Assembly: GCA_945875865.1 (NCBI GenBank)
Contig: CAMCMF010000004.1
Location: forward strand, 1 to 60,617
Length of the DNA stretch: 60,617 nt
Direction: 5' to 3'
From: Rhizobium sp. Q54
GTDB taxonomy: Bacteria > Pseudomonadota > Alphaproteobacteria > Rickettsiales > UBA1997
In this document: positions 48,671 through 58,138 of the stretch, in pieces
Position numbering within the stretch: position 1 is the first letter of the stretch
How the letters are laid out: each line of letters opens with the position of its first letter
The notes under the pieces: model-generated
Seen by the model: only the letters and a program-made list of their open reading frames with translations
Database searches by the model: none
Told to the model about the DNA's origin: nothing
Program-made: the position numbers and the translations under genes

Positions 48671-50980
48671 TTATTTCGTTGAAGAGCCAACAGCAGCGAT
48701 CGCTGCCATGTTCAAAATATCGTTAATCGAAGATCTCATCGTAACAATTTGCACTGATTTTTCGAAGCCATCCAAGATTGGTCCGATCACGGTGCAATTA
48801 CCAACTTCTTCTAAAAGTTTAGTAGCAATTGTTGCTGAGTGCAAACCTGGGCAAATCAAAATATTTGCTGGAGCAGTTAAGCGGCAGAAAGGATAGCGCG
48901 CCATTTTGTCCATATTTAAAGCCACGTCAGCAGTCATTTCACCATCATATTCAAAATCTATTCCCTTCATCTCATCAAGCAATTCAACCGCATGCTTAAC
49001 GCGATGCGATTCAGTTTTTAAAGCTGAACCGAAATTTGAGAATGACAAAAAAGCCACGCGTGGTTCATAGCCCATATCGCGCACTTTTTTTGCAGTTTGA
49101 ATGGCGATTTTTACTAAATGCTCAGATGAAGAAAGTTCTGAACAAGCGGTGTCAGAAATGAAAATGGTGCGACCTTTAGAAATCACCATTGAAACGCCAA
49201 GAACGATTTTATCTTTTTTGTTTTTGATAACTTTCCAAACATCAGTAAGTGATTGGCGATAACCACGAGTAAGTCCGGTAATCAATGCATCACCATGTCC
49301 GCAAGCCAACATTGATGAAGCAAAAATATTGCGATCATTTTTGATCATGCGTGAGCAATCGGAGCGCAACACACCTTGGCGTTGCAATTTTTTGTAAAGA
49401 TAGTCAGTGAATTTGCTGTTATCTTCAGAGATTGAAGCGTTGTAAATTTCGATTCCATCTGGCGAAACGCTGGCTTCTTTCATGTTGGCAAGAATGCGAT
49501 CTTTCTTACCAATCAAGATTGGTTTTCCATAACCATTATCGCGCCACATTGCGGCAACTCGGATAATTTCTGGTTGCTCACCTTCAGCAAAAATAATTTT
49601 TTTCGGATTGCGTTCAAGTTTTTCAAAAATCGTTCCAAGACTGTTAACAGTTGGATCGCGACGAGCTTGAAGTTGTTTTTTGTAAGCATCCCAATCTTTA
49701 ATCGGTTTGCGGGCAACGCCACTTGCAACCGCTGCTTTTGCCACCGCGATTGGAACTACATAAATCAAGCGCGAATCGAAGGGAGTAGGGATGATATAAT
49801 GTTTGCCAAATTTCATATCGCGACCGCCGTAAGCTTTAATTACCTCGTCAGGAACATGCTCGCGAGCAAGCGAGGCAAGAGCATGAGCTGCAGCGATTTT
49901 CATTTCTTCGTTGATGGTTGAAGCGCGAACGTCAAGAGCACCACGGAAAATGTAAGGAAAACCCATTACGTTATTAACTTGGTTTTCGTAATCCGAGCGA
50001 CCAGTTGCAACGATCGCATCATCACGAGTTGCGTGAACTTCTTCTGGAGTGATTTCTGGATCTGGATTGGCCATTGCGAAAATCACCGGATTTTTCGCCA
50101 TTGATTTTACCATTTCGCGAGTAACCGCGCCTTTAACAGAAAGACCTAAAAACACGTCCGCCCCTTTCATCGCTTCAGCTAAAGTACGAGCTTTAGTTTC
50201 AACGGCGTGAGCAGATTTCCATTGATTCATGCCTTCAGTTCTGCCTTTGTAAATCGTACCTTTAGTATCACATAAAATTGCATTACCGTGCGGCAAGCCC
50301 ATCGCTTTCAAAAGTTCTAAACAAGCAATTCCAGCAGCGCCGGCGCCGTTTACGATAACTTTAATATCTTTAAATTTTTTGCCAGAAATGTGTAAAGAGT
50401 TGATAATTCCTGCAGCAGAAACAATTGCGGTTCCGTGTTGATCATCGTGGAAAACTGGAATATCCATGATTTCACGCAACTTGCTTTCAATGATGAAACA
50501 CTCTGGAGCCTTGATATCTTCAAGGTTGATGCCACCCCAAGTTGGTCCTAAAAATTTTACGGCATTAATAAATTCGTCAGCATTTTCTGTAGCAACTTCG
50601 ATATCAACTGAATCGATATCAGCAAAACGTTTGAACAAAACTGATTTTCCTTCCATCACTGGTTTACCGGCCAAAGCGCCTAAATTTCCAAGCCCCAGAA
50701 CTGCAGTTCCGTTTGAAATAACCGCAACGTAATTTCCTTTTGCAGTATAATCGTAAGCTAAATCAGGATTTTTTTGAATTTCTAAACATGGTATTGCAAC
50801 GCCGGGAGAGTAAGCGAGAGCGAGTTCGCGCTGAGTGTTAAGTGGCTTAGTTGCATACATTGCAACTTTTCCTGGTTGGCCCTGTACGTGAAATGCCAAA
50901 GCTTCAAGATCTTTTGAGCTTAGTGAGCTTTTTGTTGTAGTTTTAACCGCATCTTTTTTAGTATCTTTTTTAGTAGCCAT
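48671..50980 (-). CDS. maeB: NADP-dependent malic enzyme with PTA domain
   Basis: LAYSPGV, GKPVMEGK, FHDDQHGT, GAGAAG, C-terminal PTA-like domain (FAEGE, DGEM). Confidence 0.97.
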   Translation of the reverse strand: MATKKDTKKDAVKTTTKSSLSSKDLEALAFHVQGQPGKVAMYATKPLNTQRELALAYSPGVAIPCLEIQKNPDLAYDYTAKGNYVAVISNGTAVLGLGNLGALAGKPVMEGKSVLFKRFADIDSVDIEVATENADEFINAVKFLGPTWGGINLEDIKAPECFIIESKLREIMDIPVFHDDQHGTAIVSAAGIINSLHISGKKFKDIKVIVNGAGAAGIACLELLKAMGLPHGNAILCDTKGTIYKGRTEGMNQWKSAHAVETKARTLAEAMKGADVFLGLSVKGAVTREMVKSMAKNPVIFAMANPDPEITPEEVHATRDDAIVATGRSDYENQVNNVMGFPYIFRGALDVRASTINEEMKIAAAHALASLAREHVPDEVIKAYGGRDMKFGKHYIIPTPFDSRLIYVVPIAVAKAAVASGVARKPIKDWDAYKKQLQARRDPTVNSLGTIFEKLERNPKKIIFAEGEQPEIIRVAAMWRDNGYGKPILIGKKDRILANMKEASVSPDGIEIYNASISEDNSKFTDYLYKKLQRQGVLRSDCSRMIKNDRNIFASSMLACGHGDALITGLTRGYRQSLTDVWKVIKNKKDKIVLGVSMVISKGRTIFISDTACSELSSSEHLVKIAIQTAKKVRDMGYEPRVAFLSFSNFGSALKTESHRVKHAVELLDEMKGIDFEYDGEMTADVALNMDKMARYPFCRLTAPANILICPGLHSATIATKLLEEVGNCTVIGPILDGFEKSVQIVTMRSSINDILNMAAIAAVGSSTK

Positions 50981-51068
50981 TGTTGTGAAGTCTTTGAGAT
51001 TGTAGGCGCGAAGCCATAATTTGAAAAGCGCGAAGGAAACTATTTTTAAAAAACTTAATGTCAAAAAA

Positions 51069-51800
51069 ATGATTTTTATTGAGAGAAGCAAGAAGTTTAT
51101 TGAGTCACCAAAGTTTTTTTTAAAAGAAAATGAGCTGCGTGAAATTAAATTTTTAGTTTTGCATCATGTTGAAGCGGATGGCGTGGATCACGCGATTGAG
51201 CAGTTTAAAGATCACGAAGTTAGTTCACATTTTTTGATCGATGAAGCTGGAAAAATTTTTGAATTAGTTGATGAAAATGATGTAGCGTATCATGCTGGAG
51301 TTAGCTTTTGGGCGGGAGTTGACGGCTTAAATAAAAATTCAATCGGCGTCGAATTTATTAATTCTGAACCTTTCTTAAAAAAATTTACTAAAGAGCAAAT
51401 GCAAGCGGGTGTTGAGTTGTGCCACTATTTGATCGAGAAATATAAAATTGAACCAAGAAATATTGTCGGACATTCTGACGTCGCTTACAGCAAAGAAACC
51501 GGCTTATTGAATCGCAAACAAGATCCTTCACATCTTTTTGATTGGAAATTTTTAGGAGAAAATGGCGTGGGAATTTTTCCAGGAATTTTATCAAACTCTT
51601 CACCAGAAATCAAAAAATCTTCATTAAAAACCGCTAAAGAAATGCTAAAAAAATTTGGCTATAAAGTTGAAAATCTAAACAATGATTTTGACCCAGAAAT
51701 GCAAGCCTTAGCCCGAGTTTTTAACCGCCGTTTTTTGAATCGCGATTCAGCAATTTGGGATGAACATTTTCAGCGGATTTTGTTCGCTATTGTGAGTTAA
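51069..51800 (+). CDS. N-acetylmuramoyl-L-alanine amidase (Amidase_2, AmiD/AmpD-like)
   Basis: LVLHH, VSSHFLI, AYHAGVS.W, NSIGVE, GHSDVA...RKQDP. Confidence 0.92.
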   Translation: MIFIERSKKFIESPKFFLKENELREIKFLVLHHVEADGVDHAIEQFKDHEVSSHFLIDEAGKIFELVDENDVAYHAGVSFWAGVDGLNKNSIGVEFINSEPFLKKFTKEQMQAGVELCHYLIEKYKIEPRNIVGHSDVAYSKETGLLNRKQDPSHLFDWKFLGENGVGIFPGILSNSSPEIKKSSLKTAKEMLKKFGYKVENLNNDFDPEMQALARVFNRRFLNRDSAIWDEHFQRILFAIVS

Positions 51801-51807
51801 AAATAGA

Positions 51808-51895
51808 TGGACCCCGCAACAAGTGCGGGGTGACAAATTGGGGGGAAGTGCGCACTCTCTCCTAACTTGTCACCTCGCACTTGTTGCGGGGTCCA
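51808..51895. repeat. Family E doublet between convergent genes
   Basis: TGGACCCCGCAACAAGTGCGGGGTGACAA ... TTGTCACCTCGCACTTGTTGCGGGGTCCA. Confidence 0.9.
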
Positions 51896-51903
51896 GCTTT
51901 TTA

Positions 51904-52677
51904 TCAACTAAAAATCGTCTTCGCAATCACCGCCACAATCACTTTTTTTGCACCACATTTTTTCAAAACCTTCGCACAATTCTCCAACGTCGCGCCAGTC
52001 GTCATTACATCATCAAGCAGCAGAATTTTTTTACCTTTCACCAGCTCACGATATTTTTTATTCACCAAAAAAACCTTCTTCAAATTTTTCTCACGCTGCT
52101 TTTTTCTGAGCTGAACTTGCGGAATCGTATCAACCACGCGCCACAATAAATCAGGAATAAATTCTATCGCACTGCAGCGCAGCGAAAGCGGATTCGCACA
52201 AAGTAATCTCGCAATAATCGCCACTTGGTTAAATTTTCTTTTACGCAGCCGATTTATGTGAAGTGGAGCGACGCATAAAATATCACAATCTTCTATTTCG
52301 CTTTTGATTTTCTTCGCCAAAATTCCGGCAAATTTTTTAGCTAAAAATGTTTGATCGCGATATTTTAAATCGCCGATAGCTTTGCGCAAAATCTCATTGT
52401 AACGAAAAATTGTAATTACGGAATCGAAGGATGGTTTTTTAACCAAACATCGCGAGCAAAGTGGTTGAAGAAATTTAATTTCGACTTCAAAAGGATAAGA
52501 ACAAATCTGACATTTTGGCTCAGAAATAAACTGCAATTTTTGCCAACAATCTAAGCAAAATAAGGCCTCCTTGCTGATAATTTTTTCGCAAGAAATGCAG
52601 TGGCTGGGGAAAAAAATAGACAGGATTTTTTGGATCCCGCAATGAATGCGGGATGACAACATTAAAAAAATTTTCAT
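51904..52677 (-). CDS. comF: ComF family protein (double zinc ribbon + PRTase)
   Basis: Four CxxC, PLH..RL.KRKFNQ, LLDDVMTTGATL. Confidence 0.93.
   Translation of the reverse strand: MKIFLMLSSRIHCGIQKILSIFFPSHCISCEKIISKEALFCLDCWQKLQFISEPKCQICSYPFEVEIKFLQPLCSRCLVKKPSFDSVITIFRYNEILRKAIGDLKYRDQTFLAKKFAGILAKKIKSEIEDCDILCVAPLHINRLRKRKFNQVAIIARLLCANPLSLRCSAIEFIPDLLWRVVDTIPQVQLRKKQREKNLKKVFLVNKKYRELVKGKKILLLDDVMTTGATLENCAKVLKKCGAKKVIVAVIAKTIFS
52631..52658. repeat. Single family E unit in the comF 5' region
   Basis: TGGATCCCGCAATGAATGCGGGATGACA. Confidence 0.8.
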
Positions 52678-52683
52678 TGGTGA

Positions 52684-53418
52684 ATGACTGAAATTTTATT
52701 CGACAGAAATCTTTTAACTCGCAATCGCGCAAGATTTGCCGGGGCTTTTCCCGAGCATAATTTTTTGTTTGTGGAAGTTGCAAATAGAATTGCAGAAAAT
52801 TCACAATCCTTGAATCGTGAATTTGAATCTGCTTTGGAAATTGGAGCGCGAGATGGCTATTTATCTAGCTTGATTAAGGCTAAAAAAATTACGCAAATTG
52901 CTGATGTGGAAGTTTTGGATTTTGAAAAAGAGTCCTTCGATTTAATTGTCAGCAATCTAAATTTTCATTTCATAAACCAAATTCCACAATTTTTGCTGCA
53001 AGCAAAAGAGGCTTTGAAGCCTAACGGAATCTTTATCGCTAGTTTTTTTGGCGAAGAAAATCTCAGCGAATTGGCTGATATTTTATATAAAACTGAAAAT
53101 GAAATTTACGCTGGAATTTCGCCAAGAATGCCGCCGACAATTGATGTAAAAACCGCCGCAGCTTTGCTACATAAAGCGGGATTCGCTGATCCAATTTCTG
53201 ATTTCGAGAAAATCCAAGTCGATTATTCTGACCCAAAAAACTTATTAAAAGATTTGAAAATCATGGGGCAGGGCAATATCATGAGCAAACGTTCCCGCAA
53301 GTTTTTCACCAAAAAATTCCTCAAAAAACTTTTAGAAAATTATCGCCAATTCTACAGCAATGCCGATTCCTCAGTTAAAGCTACGTTTGAAATTATAACT
53401 GTTACCGGCTGGAAATAA
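52684..53418 (+). CDS. SAM-dependent methyltransferase (BioC/NDUFAF5-like)
   Basis: LFDR, LEIGARDG, FDLIVSNL, LKPNG; divergent from comF as in other alphaproteobacteria. Confidence 0.88.
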   Translation: MTEILFDRNLLTRNRARFAGAFPEHNFLFVEVANRIAENSQSLNREFESALEIGARDGYLSSLIKAKKITQIADVEVLDFEKESFDLIVSNLNFHFINQIPQFLLQAKEALKPNGIFIASFFGEENLSELADILYKTENEIYAGISPRMPPTIDVKTAAALLHKAGFADPISDFEKIQVDYSDPKNLLKDLKIMGQGNIMSKRSRKFFTKKFLKKLLENYRQFYSNADSSVKATFEIITVTGWK

Positions 53419-53424
53419 ACTTAA

Positions 53425-53585
53425 TCTCCTTTGAAAAAGGAGGTGGTCCGTAGCGAAAGCGCAGGGTCGGAGGATTTTAGTTAAGAGCATCTCTAAAAAT
53501 TACCGGAAAAGACAATTTTTAGAGGCACCCTTAAAAAATCACCCGTCTTTCGCTACGCTCAAGCCACCCTCTTTTTCAAAGAGGG
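53425..53585. repeat. Family C doublet with collapsed B (53484-53531) in the spacer
   Basis: C1...GGAGGATTT, TTAAGAGCATCTCTAAAAATTACCGGAAAAGACAATTTTTAGAGGCACCCTTAA, C2 reverse. Confidence 0.9.
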
Positions 53586-53599
53586 TAAAAAAATAAAAA

Positions 53600-54970
53600 A
53601 TGAAAAAATTACACATCAAAACTTATGGCTGCCAAATGAATGTTTACGATTCAGATCGTATGCAGGATTTAATGACGGCAGTTGGTTACGAAACGACCGA
53701 CACTCCTGAGGGCGCTGATATGGTGATTATAAACACTTGTCACATTCGCGAAAAAGCTTCGGAAAAACTTTTTTCTGATTTGGGAAGAATTCGTCCGCAT
53801 AAGGATAAAATGAAAGAGCAAGGTTCGCAAATGATCGTTGCAGTTGCTGGTTGCGTGGCGCAAGCTGAGGGTGAAGAAATTTTTCGCAGATCGAATGTTG
53901 TGGATATTATTGTCGGACCAGAAAGCTACCAAACCTTGCCGGACTTGGTTGGAAAAGTTATTCGTGATAAGAAAAAACAAATTAATTTGGAATTTACTCC
54001 TAACGATAAATTCGATGCGCTGCCTAATTCAAAGGCTGGAACTGGCGCTTCCGCTTTTGTAACGATTCAAGAAGGCTGCGATAAATTCTGCACATTTTGC
54101 GTGGTGCCTTACACTCGTGGTTCAGAATATTCTCGCGAGGTTTCTAAAATTGTCGATGATGCGAAAAAGCTGGTGGATCAAGGCGTGAAGGAGATTTATT
54201 TTTTGGGACAAAACGTAAATGCCTATCATGGTTTGGATGAAAAAAAGCAGTCAGCGAGTTTGGCAAAATTGATTGAAGAGGTTGCAAAAATTCCGCAAGT
54301 TGAACGCATTCGCTACACCACGTCACATCCGCGCGACATGTCTGACGACTTGCTCGCGGCACATCGCGACATTCCAAAATTAATGCCGTTTTTGCATCTG
54401 CCAATTCAATCTGGTTCCAACAATGTTTTGAAAGGAATGAATCGCAAACATACCCGTCAGGATTATTTTAAAATTATTGAAAGACTTCGCGAAGCTAGAC
54501 CAGATATGGGTCTATCTTCAGATTTTATCGTCGGATTTCCCGGAGAAACTGATAAGGATTTTGAAGATACGCTAGATCTAGTCCACAAAATTGGCTTCAC
54601 CCAATGCTATTCTTTCAAATATTCTCCACGTCCCGGAACCCCAGCAGCAGAGGCTAAAATCCAAGTTGAGGAAAAAGTGAAAGCAGCTCGTTTGTTCGAA
54701 TTACAAAAACTTTTAACCCAGCAACAAACTATTTTTAATCAAAAATTCGAACAGCAAGTAATGTCGGTTTTATTCGAAAAAGAAGCGCCAAATTCCGGAA
54801 AAGCAAAAGCTAGATTATCAACGCAGCTCTGGGGCAAATCACCTTGGTTACAATCGGTTATTGTTGATGTTGAGAATGAAGAAGAGGTAAAAAAATATCT
54901 CGGAAAAATTGCTGAGGTGAAAATTTTAAAAGCACGGCCGAGTAGTTTGGTTGGGGAAATTTTGGCGTAA
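53600..54970 (+). CDS. miaB: tRNA methylthiotransferase MiaB
   Basis: TYGCQMN, NTCHIREKA, CDKFCTFC, YSPRPGT, TRAM domain. Confidence 0.97.
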   Translation: MKKLHIKTYGCQMNVYDSDRMQDLMTAVGYETTDTPEGADMVIINTCHIREKASEKLFSDLGRIRPHKDKMKEQGSQMIVAVAGCVAQAEGEEIFRRSNVVDIIVGPESYQTLPDLVGKVIRDKKKQINLEFTPNDKFDALPNSKAGTGASAFVTIQEGCDKFCTFCVVPYTRGSEYSREVSKIVDDAKKLVDQGVKEIYFLGQNVNAYHGLDEKKQSASLAKLIEEVAKIPQVERIRYTTSHPRDMSDDLLAAHRDIPKLMPFLHLPIQSGSNNVLKGMNRKHTRQDYFKIIERLREARPDMGLSSDFIVGFPGETDKDFEDTLDLVHKIGFTQCYSFKYSPRPGTPAAEAKIQVEEKVKAARLFELQKLLTQQQTIFNQKFEQQVMSVLFEKEAPNSGKAKARLSTQLWGKSPWLQSVIVDVENEEEVKKYLGKIAEVKILKARPSSLVGEILA

Positions 54971-54975
54971 AAAAA

Positions 54976-55003
54976 TCGCCTCGATAAAATTTTACCGAGG
55001 CGA
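54976..55003. terminator. Intrinsic terminator between convergent genes
   Basis: A-tract followed by TCGCCTCG...CGAGGCGA hairpin. Confidence 0.6.
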
Positions 55004-55014
55004 CAAATCTAAAA

Positions 55015-55164
55015 TTATTGAGCAGATTTTTGTTCAGTTTTTTCCTGAACTTTTTCGCTTTTAGCATGTTTTTTGTGATGCTTTTTTCCTTCAGCATGTG
55101 CGGCTGATGAAAGAGATGCGAATGTTAGGATTGTAGCTAGAGCAAACTTGGTGATATTTTTCAT
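55015..55164 (-). CDS. Small secreted His/Lys-rich protein (49 aa, not in ORF track)
   Basis: MKNITKFALATILTFASLSSAAHA-EGKKHHKKHAKSEKVQEKTEQKSAQ; clear signal peptide, terminator downstream. Confidence 0.75.
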   Translation of the reverse strand: MKNITKFALATILTFASLSSAAHAEGKKHHKKHAKSEKVQEKTEQKSAQ

Positions 55165-55262
55165 ATTTTTATAATTTGTGGTTAAAAATTAAGGGTAATG
55201 AAATTCAAGAATTTGAACTTCGAATACAAAAATATTAATCTAAAAATTCAATAGCAACTTAA

Positions 55263-55817
55263 ATGACAGATCATCTTATTTTTCATACCACAAGACTCAG
55301 GGCTGAGATGCTTTGCGAGGCGAATCAAAATTATATTTTTGATCTTTATAATCACAAAGAAACCGTTGAATTTTTGCATGGCGTTGATGCGGCGCGTGAT
55401 ATTGATCTTAGTATTAGATGCAGCGCGGATTATCAGAATATCGGCGCTTATTTAATTTTTGAAAATGACAGCAATAAATTTGTTGGAGTTGGTGGAATTC
55501 AAAAACAAGATCCGATGTTCGACGGTTCATTTGCGATGGCTGAGCATGATATTGAGTTTTTAATCGTTTTAAATCACGAATCTAAGGGCAGGGGTTATGC
55601 TTCAGAATTTTGCGACGCATTTTTCAAAAAACTTTTTGCCACTTTTCCCAATTTACATGTGCCAGCTCGAGTTGATCAGAAAAACGCTGCTTGCGTAAAG
55701 CTCTTGAAAAAGTTTGGTTTTTGTGAAGTTGGAGAAACTCATTATTATCATTACGAAAGTAAGTTCGCCTTGCTGAAAAATGACCACAACTCTTGGAGGA
55801 ATTCTTCAAAAATTTAG
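55263..55817 (+). CDS. GNAT N-acetyltransferase (RimJ/RimL-like)
   Basis: TTRL, KGRGYASE, N.A...LLKKFGF. Confidence 0.85.
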   Translation: MTDHLIFHTTRLRAEMLCEANQNYIFDLYNHKETVEFLHGVDAARDIDLSIRCSADYQNIGAYLIFENDSNKFVGVGGIQKQDPMFDGSFAMAEHDIEFLIVLNHESKGRGYASEFCDAFFKKLFATFPNLHVPARVDQKNAACVKLLKKFGFCEVGETHYYHYESKFALLKNDHNSWRNSSKI

Positions 55818-56168
55818 CTATTTTACTTCTTGAGAAAATTGATCGAAGGCACGAAGCGCATCTGCGGCATACATTAAAGAAGGTCCTCCTCCCATATAAA
55901 TCGCCATTCCAAGTACTTCCGCCACCTCTTCACGAGTTGCTTTTAATCGGACCAAAGATTTTGCATGATAGCCTAGACAACCGTCGCAACGCGCAGCAAC
56001 AGCAAGGGCGAGGGCGATTAGTTCTTTGGTTTTTTCCTCAAGAATTTTTGTTTGAGTTGCTCCTTTAGCCATTGCACTAAAACCATTCATGGTGTCTGGA
56101 ATAAGCTTACGAAGCTCTGCGCTATAGGCACTGATGTCGGCGATGATATTTTTATATTCTTTTGGCAT
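55818..56168 (-). CDS. Carboxymuconolactone decarboxylase/AhpD family protein
   Basis: KELIALALAVAARCDGCLGYH, MGGGP. Confidence 0.92.
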   Translation of the reverse strand: MPKEYKNIIADISAYSAELRKLIPDTMNGFSAMAKGATQTKILEEKTKELIALALAVAARCDGCLGYHAKSLVRLKATREEVAEVLGMAIYMGGGPSLMYAADALRAFDQFSQEVK

Positions 56169-56172
56169 AAAA

Positions 56173-56739
56173 TTATTTGGTTTTTTTGTTATTATTCCAA
56201 GGCGCTTTAGCTAGAATTAAAGCCATTGTGCAGTTGTCGGTGATTCCAGCGAAAACAAGGCCGGCACCAACGAATAAAGGGATTATGGTGAAGATTGTTG
56301 AATAAAGTAAGGTGAGCAAAGATCCAAAAAAGATAATTAATCCAGCCGCTATTCTAACTTGACGCTCAAGCGATATAGGAGTTTTTTGCAACGAACATTG
56401 TTTTGTTGAATAGCCGGCAAGCTTTTCCCCACATGCTTCACAGGCTCTTAGACCACCATCGATGACTTTAATATTTTCATATCCGGCAGCAATAAATTTA
56501 TCAGCGGCTTTTCTAGCGCGAGTTCCACCACCACAAAGAATGTAAATTGATTTGTTTCCATTTTTACAATTTTCGGCGATGAATTTTTTTACATCTAATT
56601 CATCGAGCGGAAGGTTGATATGTGGTTGGGCGAGACGCTTTTCATCGTGCTCCATTTTTGTTCTTACATCAAGAATAACGGAATTGCCGGAATCGATTTT
56701 TTTGAGATCCTGCGAAGAGATAAGTGAGTGATCGGTCAT
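56173..56739 (-). CDS. Rhodanese domain + DUF2892 membrane protein (YgaP-like)
   Basis: LDVRT..E, CGGGTRA, LERQVRIAAG, AGITDNC.M...L.KAPWN. Confidence 0.9.
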   Translation of the reverse strand: MTDHSLISSQDLKKIDSGNSVILDVRTKMEHDEKRLAQPHINLPLDELDVKKFIAENCKNGNKSIYILCGGGTRARKAADKFIAAGYENIKVIDGGLRACEACGEKLAGYSTKQCSLQKTPISLERQVRIAAGLIIFFGSLLTLLYSTIFTIIPLFVGAGLVFAGITDNCTMALILAKAPWNNNKKTK

Positions 56740-57173
56740 AAATTAATAAATTAAATTTGGGCTAAAGAAGGTATTTTGAGATTTTGAAGAAAGGCGAGAT
56801 TTAAGGATAAAAGAAGAAGTTTGCTGAGCCAGATAAAATAACTGCCGTAAAGTTGAGCTTAAATCTTTCTCACATAAGGTGTATTATGTAAAATTATATT
56901 ATGGATTATTTAGCTAAAACAATTTTCTCACCAAAGCTTGCCAGTAAAGCCTCTTCGACCACAATCCTCACTAAGTTATTAAGAAAATATTTTATGGATC
57001 TTTTGGGATCCCTTAATTTTTTTTCACTTTAACTAAGAAAAGCTTTTTGACTTTTAACTGTTCAACTTTGTAGAGTAACTCTCCCCAGAAATTTTACTTT
57101 TTAGATTTTTTACTTTTGGGCTTTGGGCCAAGGTTTGAGTTAATAAACTCAATCTTGGCCTTTTAATTTGTGT

Positions 57174-57260
57174 GCCTCCGTGGCGGAATTGGTAGACGCG
57201 ATAGACTCAAAATCTGTTGCCTTCACGGGTGTGTCAGTTCGAGTCTGACCGGAGGTACCA
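57174..57260 (+). tRNA. tRNA-Leu(CAA)
   Basis: GCCTCCGTGGCGGAATTGGTAGACGC, loop CTCAAAA, long variable arm, GTTCGAGTC, CCA. Confidence 0.95.
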
Positions 57261-57334
57261 TGCTTCGCTCTTATGAGCTACGCATGGCAAGGCCAATTTT
57301 TTTAAAAGGGCGAAGCCACAATTTTTTTTAAAAA

Positions 57335-58135
57335 GTGTTGGAAATTAGTGATTTATTTAAAGCGGTATTTCTTGGGATTGTTGAAGGATTGACGGAGTTC
57401 ATTCCGGTATCATCAACGGCACATCTTCTACTCTCATCTTATCTCATCGATTTTCAATCGATTCAAAATAACCTCTTCGAAATAGTAATTCAGTTTGGCG
57501 CCATCTTGGCAATTTGCGTGATTTATCGTCAAAGAATTTTTGATGTGATGATTAATTTCAAAGAAAAATCACAGCAAAAATTTATTCTTAATATCGTTTT
57601 AGCATTTCTTCCTGCCGCGATTATTGGCGCAACTTTTCATAGCCTCATCAAAGAATTATTTTTCTCCAATATCGTCATCGGAATCGCTTTAATTCTGGGC
57701 GGAATTATTATGATTATTGTCGAGAGAAATCCAAAAAAACTTGCAACCACCAACGAGATCGAATCAATAAAACCACTTGATGCTTTATTTATTGGCATGT
57801 TTCAATCAATTGCGATGATTCCAGGAGTTTCTAGGTCTGGAGCCACTATCATCGGTGGAATTTTACTGGGATTAAATCGAAAAACTGCCACCGAATTTTC
57901 ATTTTTTTTAGCAATTCCAACAATTGCTGCCGCAAGTTTTTATGATCTTTTGAAAAATACTTCTGAGCTCACCACTTCAAATGTTGAAATTATTTTAGTC
58001 GGATTATTAGCCTCTTTTTTATCTGCTATTTTTGTAGTAAAATGGTTCATCAATTTCGTCAGCAAATATAGTTTTATTGGCTTCGGAATTTATCGAATCA
58101 TCGTTGGAATCTTGGTGTTACTTTTTATTTCTTAA
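57335..58135 (+). CDS. uppP: Undecaprenyl-diphosphate phosphatase
   Basis: GLTEFIPVSSTAH, IQFGAILA, PGVSRSGATI, EFSFFLAIP. Confidence 0.96.
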   Translation: MLEISDLFKAVFLGIVEGLTEFIPVSSTAHLLLSSYLIDFQSIQNNLFEIVIQFGAILAICVIYRQRIFDVMINFKEKSQQKFILNIVLAFLPAAIIGATFHSLIKELFFSNIVIGIALILGGIIMIIVERNPKKLATTNEIESIKPLDALFIGMFQSIAMIPGVSRSGATIIGGILLGLNRKTATEFSFFLAIPTIAAASFYDLLKNTSELTTSNVEIILVGLLASFLSAIFVVKWFINFVSKYSFIGFGIYRIIVGILVLLFIS

Positions 58136-58138
58136 AAA

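Noticed and set aside
54795-54830. Short extra segment in the MiaB TRAM domain (and SLRCSA in ComF at about 52170-52195) as repeat scars
   Set aside because: No convincing nucleotide match to families A-E
56740-57120. Long intergenic stretch as gene or pseudogene
   Set aside because: Only short broken frames and no recognisable motif
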